This document shows positions 8,351 to 17,885 of a DNA stretch of 64,000 bases, in pieces. The stretch lies in contig JAFSWN010000071.1 of the NCBI GenBank assembly GCA_017450185.1, positions 715 through 64,714 on the forward strand, read 5' to 3'. Made by a program: the position numbers and the translations under genes. The notes under the pieces were generated by a model, which saw only the letters and a list, made by a program, of their open reading frames with translations, made no database searches and was not told where the DNA came from. Each line of letters begins with the position of its first letter. The first letter of the stretch is position 1. Origin of the DNA: Clostridia bacterium. Lineage in GTDB: Bacteria; Bacillota; Clostridia; Oscillospirales; Acutalibacteraceae.

Positions 8351-10812
8351 TTCAGTCCCAATCTGTTTTTGAGCTCGGCGACTATCGCCCCGGAGTTTCC
8401 GGGCCCGTTCACGCCGGCGTCAAAGAAGTATCCGCATTTTTCCTTTCGGAAGCCCGAATCCTTTTCGGGGTCTTTTGCATATTCGCGGACCCTGTCAAGA
8501 GTCTCGCTCCAACCTGAAGTCATCGGGCCGGGGATAACGCTCGGGAAATCAAGATTGAAGCCCGCCTCGTTCTCGCAGAACCACTCGTAATCGGGGCAGT
8601 GGAAAACAACAGGACGCCCGAGATTTGCGAAGTCGAGCGCGATGCTCGAATAATCGGAAATGACCACGGTAAAGGTGCCGAGATCGGTGTAGATATCCTT
8701 TTCGTCGTGAAGGAAGACCCTGTCGTATCCGCTTATGGCGCGCTTTATCAGGTTTGAATAATTACGCCAGGTATGCGGATGCAGACGAAGATAGAACTCG
8801 CCGTCGATCTCCTCCATGAGAGTCTGGATCTCCGGAAGCTTTGAGAGGACGTCGTCCACCATCTCGCGCTCCTGCTTGAAATGGAAGCGGTAGGTGGGAG
8901 CGTAAAGGATCTTAACGGGAGACGTCTGTCTTTCGCTCTCATAAAGGGGCAGGTCGCGCGGATGCCCTGCCATGAAGCAGTTTTCATGGGGCACCTTCCA
9001 CACGTCGGCTATCATATCTATACGCTCCTGCCCGGGGCATACGAACAGAAAATACTTTTCGAATTTTTCACGGAAGGGAGCGAGAATGCGATATTTGATC
9101 TTCTTTCTGAGCCTGACAAGAGAGCTGTCGGAGGGCGAAACAAGAATATCGCCGCTGTACTGTACGCCGCGCTCCTCGGTGTTTTTGACTCCGGAGGCGT
9201 CGCCCATGGATTTGAAGCCGACCCCGTGCCAGAGCTGCACCACCTTTGTTTTGTCGTTGAAGCCGAACTGCGCGGGAAAATCCGTCATTACGAAATGGTC
9301 CGTAACGGCGACTCCGGCGCGTTTCATCACGTCGATACCCTCGGGGCTGCCCATCAGCAGCGCAGGCTTTCCATCGGCCTGAAGCTCGCCGAGCAGGGTC
9401 TTGTTGGTTGTGAGCCAGACGGCCTTAATTTCGGGGACGTTCTCAAGCACGTATTCAAACAGGTACTTGGTGTTGTCCATATACGTGTTGTGACGGAAGC
9501 CCGAAAACACCCAAAGGCTGTCGTCCTTGGGCGCGTCTGTGTTTTTCCAGTAGGCTCTGTAGGCCTTTATGAGAGTAAGGCCCTTTTTGAAGTATTTTTT
9601 GATTTTTGCGAGAGGCCTTGAGATGATCGAATATAGCTTAAGGCCCGGAAGAGCGAATTTTGACGCCCTGTGAGTGTGGTACAGATGATAAAGGCTGTCG
9701 CCGGGCAGCTTGCTCTTGAGAGTGTTGTATATTTTGAATGTGCCTATATACGTGTGCAGAGCCTCAAAAAGCTCCTGAGGGTATTCCTCCGCAAGCCGCA
9801 TGACGAGACTTTCGTCCTGGAGCTTTTCGGCCGTTTCCAGATAGTTGGTTATCTCCTTCGTGGTGCGCCAGCGGAACAGCTTGAACGCGTAGTTATCGAA
9901 ATGTACCCTGAAATACTCCCTCAGGCCGACGAGGAAGCGGACGTAATCGAGACGGGTGTTGATGAAATGCTCCTCTTTGGTGCTGTTCATGAATATGCCC
10001 ACGTCGCTTCTGCGGTAAACGGACGTAACGTCAGGCAGGTACACCGCCTTGCCGAGCCCCATCTGCATTATCGTCATGGGGATATCGCCCACGATCCCAC
10101 GGAAATACCATTCGGGGATCTCGATATCGTAGTCCCAGCGGTAAAAAGCGGATGAAGTGTGGTTGGGAAAGATTATCAGGAAATCGGATATCTCATAATA
10201 CGGCTTTGAGCGGAACCCCGGCGTGCATTCGGGGATTATCATTTCGCCGTCCTCATTCTGCATGTACCAGTCTTTGAGGTGCCAGTCCGGAGGAGCTTCG
10301 ATCCTGGTGCGGGTGTAGCACATACGCACCTCTTCATGCTTCTGCATGTAGTCGAACTGCTTTTGGAGCTTATACTCGTCTATCCAGTAGTCGTCCCCCT
10401 CGCAAAAAGCAATGTACGGACTGTTTGCATGGTTGCAAAGATCTACAAGGTTGGCCTGCGCCCCCATGTTCTGTTCCCTTATAAACGGAACGATTATATC
10501 GGGATATTTCTCCGCATACTCTCTGACGATGTCGGCGGTGTCGTCGGGACCGCAGTCCTCTCCCACGAACACCTTGAACTTGAAATCGGTTTTCTGCATA
10601 ACGAAAGAGTCGAGAGCCTGACGGATATAATCGTGATGGTTATATGTTATGCAGCATACCGTAACGGCGCAATCGTCGTTATTTTCCTCAAAACGGCGGG
10701 CGGTCTGGGGACCCATAATAAGATCTTCCCTGCTGCCGTCTGTAACGTATTCACCGGTCTCGTCGACAAAAAGACGAGCGTATTTGAATTCGTTTTTTGA
10801 AATCTTCTCCAT
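8347..10812 (-). CDS. Bifunctional GT2 glycosyltransferase / CDP-glycerol(ribitol) glycerophosphotransferase (TagB/TagF family)
   Basis: N-terminal GT2 signature VTVCCITYNHHDYIRQALDSFVMQKTDFKFKVFVGEDCGPDDT. C-terminal half carries TagF-family motifs ILYAPTYRF and LRLHPH. Confidence 0.8.
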   Translation of the reverse strand: MEKISKNEFKYARLFVDETGEYVTDGSREDLIMGPQTARRFEENNDDCAVTVCCITYNHHDYIRQALDSFVMQKTDFKFKVFVGEDCGPDDTADIVREYAEKYPDIIVPFIREQNMGAQANLVDLCNHANSPYIAFCEGDDYWIDEYKLQKQFDYMQKHEEVRMCYTRTRIEAPPDWHLKDWYMQNEDGEMIIPECTPGFRSKPYYEISDFLIIFPNHTSSAFYRWDYDIEIPEWYFRGIVGDIPMTIMQMGLGKAVYLPDVTSVYRRSDVGIFMNSTKEEHFINTRLDYVRFLVGLREYFRVHFDNYAFKLFRWRTTKEITNYLETAEKLQDESLVMRLAEEYPQELFEALHTYIGTFKIYNTLKSKLPGDSLYHLYHTHRASKFALPGLKLYSIISRPLAKIKKYFKKGLTLIKAYRAYWKNTDAPKDDSLWVFSGFRHNTYMDNTKYLFEYVLENVPEIKAVWLTTNKTLLGELQADGKPALLMGSPEGIDVMKRAGVAVTDHFVMTDFPAQFGFNDKTKVVQLWHGVGFKSMGDASGVKNTEERGVQYSGDILVSPSDSSLVRLRKKIKYRILAPFREKFEKYFLFVCPGQERIDMIADVWKVPHENCFMAGHPRDLPLYESERQTSPVKILYAPTYRFHFKQEREMVDDVLSKLPEIQTLMEEIDGEFYLRLHPHTWRNYSNLIKRAISGYDRVFLHDEKDIYTDLGTFTVVISDYSSIALDFANLGRPVVFHCPDYEWFCENEAGFNLDFPSVIPGPMTSGWSETLDRVREYAKDPEKDSGFRKEKCGYFFDAGVNGPGNSGAIVAELKNRLGLK

Positions 10813-10869
10813 TGGAGATCCCCCGTATAACGTTGTATAACGGTATTGTTTGAGAATACCTGATTAATT

Positions 10870-10898
10870 ATTTTACCATAATGATATAAAAAATACAA
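10870..10898 (-). promoter_or_regulatory. Candidate sigma-A promoter of the glycopolymer operon
   Basis: Minus strand reads TTGTAT, 17 nt, TAAAT-type hexamer TAAAAT, about 55 nt upstream of ATG 10812. Confidence 0.4.
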
Positions 10899-11023
10899 GA
10901 ATTTTACACAAAAAAGTCACATTCTGCAGATAAGGCTGCTCTTTTCCATTCTCGGGCCGCGCAGCGTCACAGCAGTTTCTTATACGGCTCTTTCAGAAAA
11001 AACGATCCGCTTATATACGTTTT

Positions 11024-12217
11024 TTATTTTGCCTTCGGGACGTCGATGACGACGTCGGTAAGCGGGAACGAGCAGCACGGATGGATATAGCCGAAATCCT
11101 TGTCGGCAAGGCGTCTGCCGTCGACCTCGGCGGGAACGTACACCTTTCCGGAAACGAGCTGCGAACGGCACCAGCCGCACCTGCCGCTGCGGCAATCGGA
11201 GGGCGCTTTTATCCCGGCGGCTTCCATCGCCCTTAAAAGAGAGGTATCGGAGGGACAGGTTATCGTCTGTTCTTCTCCGTTTATGCGGACGGTAACTTTA
11301 CAGCTTTTTTTGACTCTCTTGGGATAATCCTCGTTTTTCGCGGGATCGAAGTATTCGCCGAACAGCTCGTGGCGGACGAATTTCCGCCTTATACCGAGAG
11401 TTTCGATCTCCTTATCCACAAAGCGGTACATCGCCTGAGGGCCGCAGAGGAACACGGAATAATCCCCTTCCTTCGGGGCGTATTTTTTTATAAGCTTCGC
11501 AGTGATGAAGCCGTTTTCGCAGCCCTTTTTCTTTTCATCGCTGAGCACGTTCACGAGCTTTACCCTGGGGCAGGTTTTCGCGATCTCGGCTATTTCATCG
11601 CTGAAAACAGCGTCGGAAAGGGTCCTGCTGCCGTATAGAAGGATAAGCTCGCAGTCCTCGTCGCCCTCGGCTATCGCATAGGCAAGAGAACGGAACGGCG
11701 TGATACCGCTTCCGCCCGCAATACCGATGACGGTGGCGGCGTCCCTTAAGGGCTCGTAGGTGAATTCGCCGAGCGGAGCGGAGGAGGTCACGCTTGTGCC
11801 GACCGTCCAGTTATCAAGGATATATTCGCTGGCGATACCGCCCCAAACGCGCTTGACGGTTATCATGTATCTGTTTTTGAGGGTGTCCGCCGGGGACGAG
11901 GCTATGGAATACGGACGGCACAGCTTGGCGCCGTTTATGCTGAGCCTTATGCTCAGATACTGTCCTGCGGAGAACCACGCGAGCTTTTTCGCGCCTCTCT
12001 TTTTGTTGGGAGCGAGAACATAGCTCTTCATATCGGGGCTGTGCTCCTTTATCTCTTCAACTACGAGCTCCTGATACGCCGGGTGAAGCTCGGCAGCAAG
12101 CTTATTGGGATAATAGGAATAGAGGTCCTTGACCTCGCCCGAGGAGGACGCTACCGCCTTGACTCTTTTGGCGAGCATGGAGGCTATATCGGTTCTTTTA
12201 AGATCGTTCAGACTCAT
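11024..12217 (-). CDS. FNR-like flavin reductase with C-terminal plant-type [2Fe-2S] ferredoxin domain (Hcr-like oxidoreductase)
   Basis: RPYSIASSP FAD motif, GIAGGSGITPFRS NAD(P) motif, C-terminal CRSGRCGWC...C cluster. AAGGAGG RBS. TAAATG junction with the upstream gene. Confidence 0.8.
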   Translation of the reverse strand: MSLNDLKRTDIASMLAKRVKAVASSSGEVKDLYSYYPNKLAAELHPAYQELVVEEIKEHSPDMKSYVLAPNKKRGAKKLAWFSAGQYLSIRLSINGAKLCRPYSIASSPADTLKNRYMITVKRVWGGIASEYILDNWTVGTSVTSSAPLGEFTYEPLRDAATVIGIAGGSGITPFRSLAYAIAEGDEDCELILLYGSRTLSDAVFSDEIAEIAKTCPRVKLVNVLSDEKKKGCENGFITAKLIKKYAPKEGDYSVFLCGPQAMYRFVDKEIETLGIRRKFVRHELFGEYFDPAKNEDYPKRVKKSCKVTVRINGEEQTITCPSDTSLLRAMEAAGIKAPSDCRSGRCGWCRSQLVSGKVYVPAEVDGRRLADKDFGYIHPCCSFPLTDVVIDVPKAK

Positions 12218-13738
12218 TTATTTTTCCTCCTTAAGTTCACTGATAACTTTATCGGCAGCCATTGCGCCGGTGAGATACGCGGAAGGATATCCGTCGCCCC
12301 TTATATAGCTGCCTCCGCAGAAGTGAAGGTTCGGGATGGAATAATCGACAGCTTCAAGCATGGCCCTCGTTACAACGTTATCCCACTCTTCGTTTGCGTA
12401 ACCGTAGATGGCTCCGGCGGGGGTGGCGAGATAGCGCGCGAAGGTGACGGGAGTTGCGACGACTATTTCCTCGATATGGGGCATTACGGACACGCCGAGG
12501 ACCTTTTCATAGTCTTTTATATACCTTTCAGCCACCGCGTTTTTATACTTTTTATAGTCTCTCGCGCCGACTGTCTCGGGGAAATCTCCGGGCATGACGG
12601 GAATGGTGAAAAACAGCGTGCAGGTGCCCTTCGGCGAGGACTCGGGCAGGACCTTGTTGAGGCAGTTTACAACGTAAATGCTTCCGTCCTTACGCGTGTT
12701 GAACTGCTCTCTCGGATCGGAGCCGTTCATTATGAAAACGCTGTAGTCCTTTATGCCGAGCTCTTCCATTGACGCGTCGAGCCCGAGATAAACGGAAACG
12801 AAGGTCATGCCGAGCTTTCGCGCGCTTGCGAGCTTTTTCGCGTGCGACGGGATCTTTTCGGGATCGGAGCGGTTTATAACGTTGTTCGGGATTATATTGG
12901 AAATGATCTTTTTGGAGTAGATGACGTCGCCGTTCGCAACAACTCCTATCGCCGCGCCGTCGCCATCGTAAAGGAAGCGCGTGACTTCGGTGTTGAAGCG
13001 CACCTCTCCGCCGTGGTCCTGCAGGGCTTTAACAAGAGAAAGCGAGAGATAATGGCTCCTGTGGCCGGGCATGGTGGGATAGGCGCCGATATAAGACAAA
13101 ACCATGCTCAGATAATGAAGCGCGTTCATATCGTCGGTGGGAACGCCGAGATAAGCCCAGTATGTCTCGAGTATCCTCTGCGCCTTTTCCGGCACGCCGA
13201 CCGCGTCCATGACCTCGTCGAAGCTGTGCGCGGCAACGCGCATGAAGTCGCCGTATTTGTTGAACAGGACCGAAGGGTTCATGGAGGGGCCGTTCATATA
13301 TTCCTGCGCTTCGTCAAGGACCGCCATGAGGTCGAAAAGCTCCTTCACGCTCTCCCTGCAGCCTGGAACGGCAGCCTCCATATCGTTGAGGAAATTATCA
13401 ACCCCGGCGTGAAGAGTAAGGTCATAGGGATCCTCTCCCCTGTTTATCACCCTGAAAAGAGTGTCTTCGCTGTGGAGGTCCATATCCGCGCCGAGCCGTT
13501 CAAATATCTTTGTCACGGAATCGGCGTTTTCGGACGTGCTCGAGTGGCACAGCTCATGCAGAGCTGCCTCAAACTCGAAGCGCCCCCTGACAAAGCTCGT
13601 GGCGCAGCCGCCGGGAAGGTTGTGTTTTTCGAGAAGCAGGGTCTTTAGCCCCGCCTTGGCGCACAAAGCCGCGCTTGCAAGGCCGCCGTTGCCCGCGCCC
13701 ACGACTATGACGTCATACTTTTTCAAAGCGTCGTTCAT
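12218..13738 (-). CDS. Phytoene-desaturase (CrtI)/RetSat-like NAD(P)/FAD-dependent oxidoreductase
   Basis: YDVIVVGAGNGGLASAALCAKAGLKTLLLEKHNLPGGCATSF dinucleotide-binding fold. ATG 13738 is preceded by AAGGGAG; the track start 13756 is a TTG. Confidence 0.8.
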   Translation of the reverse strand: MNDALKKYDVIVVGAGNGGLASAALCAKAGLKTLLLEKHNLPGGCATSFVRGRFEFEAALHELCHSSTSENADSVTKIFERLGADMDLHSEDTLFRVINRGEDPYDLTLHAGVDNFLNDMEAAVPGCRESVKELFDLMAVLDEAQEYMNGPSMNPSVLFNKYGDFMRVAAHSFDEVMDAVGVPEKAQRILETYWAYLGVPTDDMNALHYLSMVLSYIGAYPTMPGHRSHYLSLSLVKALQDHGGEVRFNTEVTRFLYDGDGAAIGVVANGDVIYSKKIISNIIPNNVINRSDPEKIPSHAKKLASARKLGMTFVSVYLGLDASMEELGIKDYSVFIMNGSDPREQFNTRKDGSIYVVNCLNKVLPESSPKGTCTLFFTIPVMPGDFPETVGARDYKKYKNAVAERYIKDYEKVLGVSVMPHIEEIVVATPVTFARYLATPAGAIYGYANEEWDNVVTRAMLEAVDYSIPNLHFCGGSYIRGDGYPSAYLTGAMAADKVISELKEEK

Positions 13739-13752
13739 ATATTTTTCTCCCT

Positions 13753-16377
13753 TCAATGGAATTCTATTTCGGTTTTTTCACCGACAGGAGCGGTGAATGA
13801 AAACTCATATACGTCGGCGTCGGGCGAACCTCCCGCGACCGCGAACGGAGCGCCGCCGGTATCGCGCGGGACAAGCTGCGCGCTAACGCTTTCGCCGTTT
13901 ACCGAAGCTTCCGTAAGGCAGCGCCCGTCGGGAACGTGGACGCGCACCGTATAGGAACGCTCGTTGAAGGCTCTCGGTCCGTCAAACGAACCCGAAGCTG
14001 GGAATAACGTTAATTTACCGTCGCCGTCAAAGACGACGTCGGTCGTTCTGAATTTACCGTCCTTATAGGCAACGGTTGAGCAATCGTCCTCGTAGATAAC
14101 GGTCTTTGAACCCTCGCTACCCCAATAGACGTCGAGCGTCAGATGGCTCCAGTCGCCTGCCTTTGTGCTCTCCATGTTATCGGCAAGCGCGAGCACCGAG
14201 CCTCTTTTTACAAATATCGGCGAGGTCTCGAGAGAATGGGAAACCGTAACTGTAACAGGTCCGGTATAAGAAGCTCCTGACCACACGTCCGTCCACGTCC
14301 CGTCTGGGATGAAAACGTCTCTTTTCACGTCCCCGGCAGTGAGAACGTTGAAATAAATATGAGCGTGGTTGTTGCCGTCAAAATATTCTATTTTTATATC
14401 GTGGGTTGAATTCGCGGGGATGAACGCCGTTTCAAACGTTTTGTCAAACACGTCCCACGCGTCCACAACAAGCTCGCCGTCGAGCCAGATCCTTAAGCCG
14501 TCGTCGGACATAACTCGGATGAACACCGGCTTTTCGCCGACGTGAAGCTCTCCGGTCCAGCGCGCAGAGAAATAGTCGGAAACGCTCAGGCCTTCGGGAG
14601 CGTCGAACACCCAGTCGTGATAGGGCGTGCTCTCAAATCTTTCGATCTCAGGCTCGCCCGAAAGCTCTGTGTTTGTGAAATACTGACCCTTAAGCCCGCT
14701 GTTTTCGCCGCAGGTGAAGAAATAATCCTCCGCCTCGGGGCAGCTGTCGTAAAGCGGGGCCACAAGGACGCCGTCGCCGAGAAGGTATTCGTCGTTCGCC
14801 GAAGCTTCCTCATACTGAGGATAGCTTATATCGAGTCTTCTGACAAGCGGAAGTCCGGTTTCGTAGTTTTCGTGGGACAGCTCATAGAAGAGCGGCAGAA
14901 GGCGGTAACGCATGTCGACGTAGGTGTGGGTGACCTTTTCGGCGGTCTCGCCGTAGAGCCAAGGCATACGCGAATAGGGCTTGGTGCAGTGAACGCGCAT
15001 TACAGGAGACAGAGCGCCGTACTGTATCCAGCGCACGTACATATCGGGAGATACTTCTGAGGTGTGGCCGCCGAGGTCGGAGCTGAGATACGGATGGCCC
15101 ATCTGAGCTCCCAGGAATATCATATTGTTGATCTCGCGCTTGAGATCGGAGGACGTTGTGCCGATATCTCCCGTCCACTGCAGCGAATACCTGTGCGCGG
15201 CAAGCTCGCTCGCGTAGTCGAGATGGCCGTTGCCAATGCCGTCCACGTTTGCCATTATCGCGGGGCGGCGGGCGTACTCGCCTGTTCCGGCGGCGCTCTC
15301 ATAATAATTTTTGACTATTTCGTGATAGGCGTACATGCCGGAGGTATAGATCGAAAGCTTATCGTCTATCGGCTTCAGGGAGGTCCACCAGTTGCGGTCG
15401 TACCACCAGTAGTCGACTCCCTTTGAAAGTATCTTTTTCAGGTTGTAGTTCCTGAAGAAAACCTCGGACGCGTCGAGAAGATTGCTTGTGTTTGCGGTGG
15501 GCTCCGGATGGTCGTTGAATATAATTCCGACTCCAAGCTCGTGAGCCTTTGAAGTGAAGCGTTTCATATCCGGAAACAGCCTTGTGTTGATATCGTAGCC
15601 GGCCCCGGACGTTGCCGAACGCCAGTCGGTGTCGATAACGAGCATATCGATGGGATAGCCTCTTTCGCGGTAGTCGGCTATCTGCTGAAGAGCCGATTTC
15701 TCGGTATACTCATAGTATCTTGAATCCCAGAAGCCGAGCATCTCAAGGGGCAGCATCTCGCTGCGGCCCGTAAGCTCCACGAAATCGGAGGTAAAGGTCT
15801 CATAGCTCCCGCGGGGGAGAAACACGAAAACGTCCTGCGACTGATTGTCAAGGTCCCAGCCGTTATACGGCTTGTCGGCACGGTTGAAGCTGTAGCCGTC
15901 CTCGGACGGGACGACCCTGGGAATATCGCAGAAATACCATGATTTCAGTTCATCCGAAGGAGAAGGCAAAAAGAGGTTCGCTTCTTTTTCACCCTCAAAG
16001 CGCCACACTGTTTCGCCGTTTTCGTCGGTGATATAAGCGTTTTCGGCGTTCGAAGCGTTTTCGGGAAGGTAAACGGAGTATAATTCGGTTTTTATGACTG
16101 TGAAAGAGCCTTCGCTGCTCTTTGTGAAGGCAATGTCGTCCCAGCCCGTCCTTTTTTCTACGGTGAAGGAAGGGCGGTTTTCAAAGCCCTTAGGGCCCTT
16201 AGTTTCGATCCTTACAAGAGTGTCGCTCAGAAGCTCTACCCTGACGTTCCCCTCAACAACGTACGACGGGATCCCGGCGGTAAATTTTTCGGGGGCGTAG
16301 GGGACCGACCGGTTTATCCCGAGGAACGCAAAAACGGACGAAAGCAGACTGATAAGAAAACAAACGATCTTTATCAT
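13753..16377 (-). CDS. Glycoside hydrolase family 31 with inserted PA14 domain, secreted or membrane-anchored
   Basis: Hydrophobic N-terminus MIKIVCFLISLLSSVFAFLGI. GH31-like core (DMLVIDTDW, YWWYDRNWW). PA14 signature GLKGQYFTNTELSGEPE...FSARWTGEL...SDDGLRIWLDGELVVDAW. Confidence 0.8.
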   Translation of the reverse strand: MIKIVCFLISLLSSVFAFLGINRSVPYAPEKFTAGIPSYVVEGNVRVELLSDTLVRIETKGPKGFENRPSFTVEKRTGWDDIAFTKSSEGSFTVIKTELYSVYLPENASNAENAYITDENGETVWRFEGEKEANLFLPSPSDELKSWYFCDIPRVVPSEDGYSFNRADKPYNGWDLDNQSQDVFVFLPRGSYETFTSDFVELTGRSEMLPLEMLGFWDSRYYEYTEKSALQQIADYRERGYPIDMLVIDTDWRSATSGAGYDINTRLFPDMKRFTSKAHELGVGIIFNDHPEPTANTSNLLDASEVFFRNYNLKKILSKGVDYWWYDRNWWTSLKPIDDKLSIYTSGMYAYHEIVKNYYESAAGTGEYARRPAIMANVDGIGNGHLDYASELAAHRYSLQWTGDIGTTSSDLKREINNMIFLGAQMGHPYLSSDLGGHTSEVSPDMYVRWIQYGALSPVMRVHCTKPYSRMPWLYGETAEKVTHTYVDMRYRLLPLFYELSHENYETGLPLVRRLDISYPQYEEASANDEYLLGDGVLVAPLYDSCPEAEDYFFTCGENSGLKGQYFTNTELSGEPEIERFESTPYHDWVFDAPEGLSVSDYFSARWTGELHVGEKPVFIRVMSDDGLRIWLDGELVVDAWDVFDKTFETAFIPANSTHDIKIEYFDGNNHAHIYFNVLTAGDVKRDVFIPDGTWTDVWSGASYTGPVTVTVSHSLETSPIFVKRGSVLALADNMESTKAGDWSHLTLDVYWGSEGSKTVIYEDDCSTVAYKDGKFRTTDVVFDGDGKLTLFPASGSFDGPRAFNERSYTVRVHVPDGRCLTEASVNGESVSAQLVPRDTGGAPFAVAGGSPDADVYEFSFTAPVGEKTEIEFH

Positions 16378-16462
16378 AAGACTCTCTCCCTTTCAGAACG
16401 ATACTTTATTGAAAATATACTTACTCTTTTTAATACTATCACAAAACTTTTTACGGGTCAAT

Positions 16463-16492
16463 AAAAAAAAGCCCCGTTCGGTGTGAACGGGG
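16463..16492 (-). terminator. Rho-independent terminator after the 16515-17885 gene
   Basis: Minus strand reads CCCCGTTCACACCGAACGGGGCTTTTTTTT: 8-bp GC-rich stem followed by a U-run. Confidence 0.7.
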
Positions 16493-16514
16493 ATTGGGAA
16501 TAACAGCTCGGATA

Positions 16515-17885
16515 TCAGTCGAGCGATATGCTGATGGTGGTGGTATCTTTGATATTGTCGACTATGAAGGTGGTGACGTAGTAGGTCTTACCGGTGGATC
16601 TGTTGAGCTTTGCGGTCCAGACGTTCTGATAGTTGTCGTAGGTCACTCCGCCCGTGGTCCACGTGACGTGGAGCTTCTGAGTGTCGTCGCCTGTGCCGTA
16701 GATATCGGAATACCTGACGACGCTCGGATCATAGGTCACAAACTCGATGGTCACGCTGTCGCCGCCCATGACGTTGAACTGCTCCATCCTGAACTCATCC
16801 TCAACGCCGGTGAGAAGCATGTAGTCGATATCCTTGACGCCGTCCTTAAGGATCTTGTTGTTGTGCTCGTCGAGCCTGTAGGTACCGTCGTCGTTTTTCT
16901 CATAGAGGTTGCTGTCGTCGATATAAACGGTGTAGTAGTCAAGATCAATAACGTCGATGCCGAGGAAGCCGGTGTCGATGCCGAGGATATCGAGAATCAT
17001 TTTGAGTATTCTCTTGATCCAGTCGAGAGCGGTGGCTTTTTTCTGTTCTCTTACGCCGCTGACGCTTACCTTGCAGTCGCTGGTTATGGTCTTGATGGTG
17101 TAGGTACGGCAGCCGTCGGCGTCAACGCCGTTTGAAACGAGGGTCTCGGTGTTTCCGAGGAACTGGTTGAGCATTTCGGCGTCTTCACCGAGGAATTCCT
17201 CAAGGCCGATAGAGCCTCTTGTGGCCTTGACGCTGAGATCGGCATCGGAATAACCTCTGTTGATCTTTACGCGGAAGCTGAAATCCTCGCCGTAGGAAAC
17301 GGCCTTATAGTTTTGCCCCTTGAGGGTCTGTACCCTGTAGCCGTCGCCGGACTGGAGAGCAACGTTAAACTGAGTTTTCTGAAGCTCGGACTCCTTAACT
17401 CTGATGGTGAAGTCTCTGTCGACATATACGGAATACTCGCCGAGTGAATTCTTCGTGGCGATAACGCCGTTAATGATAACCAAAGCGGTGGCGGCGTTGT
17501 AGGCCTCGTTGGTTTCAACGACGAACGAAAGGGTGGATCCGCTGTCGATTGCATAGGACGTTTCGGGATCGAGGATCTCGGGGCTGTAGGTCTTGGCGTC
17601 GGGAGCGATCGAAGACTCAACGAGCTGATCCCTTGTGTAGTATTTGCCGTCGGTCGCGAGATAGTAGATGCCGTTTTCATCCTCCACAAAACGCTTCTCG
17701 CCGTTTTCGGTCCTGACGAAATAATAGGGCGTCCCTATATCTCTGCCGTCGGGGCTGACAGAGATAAGATCGCCGGAAGGGCCGATAAAGGTGGCTACAT
17801 AGGTGGTTTCGCCTTCGGCGAAAACGGGCAGCATCACGGTAAACGTCATTACCGCGGCCAAAAGTACGCTTAATATTTTTTTCAT
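16515..17885 (-). CDS. Secreted protein of unknown function
   Basis: Signal peptide MKKILSVLLAAVMTFTVMLPVFAEGE. GGAGG RBS. I recognise no family motif. Confidence 0.7.
   Translation of the reverse strand: MKKILSVLLAAVMTFTVMLPVFAEGETTYVATFIGPSGDLISVSPDGRDIGTPYYFVRTENGEKRFVEDENGIYYLATDGKYYTRDQLVESSIAPDAKTYSPEILDPETSYAIDSGSTLSFVVETNEAYNAATALVIINGVIATKNSLGEYSVYVDRDFTIRVKESELQKTQFNVALQSGDGYRVQTLKGQNYKAVSYGEDFSFRVKINRGYSDADLSVKATRGSIGLEEFLGEDAEMLNQFLGNTETLVSNGVDADGCRTYTIKTITSDCKVSVSGVREQKKATALDWIKRILKMILDILGIDTGFLGIDVIDLDYYTVYIDDSNLYEKNDDGTYRLDEHNNKILKDGVKDIDYMLLTGVEDEFRMEQFNVMGGDSVTIEFVTYDPSVVRYSDIYGTGDDTQKLHVTWTTGGVTYDNYQNVWTAKLNRSTGKTYYVTTFIVDNIKDTTTISISLD

Noticed and set aside
12842-13648. 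268-aa plus-strand ORF.
   Set aside because: It is antisense to the CrtI-like flavoenzyme gene, which has a canonical dinucleotide-binding motif. It has no RBS and an Arg/Val/His-rich composition.
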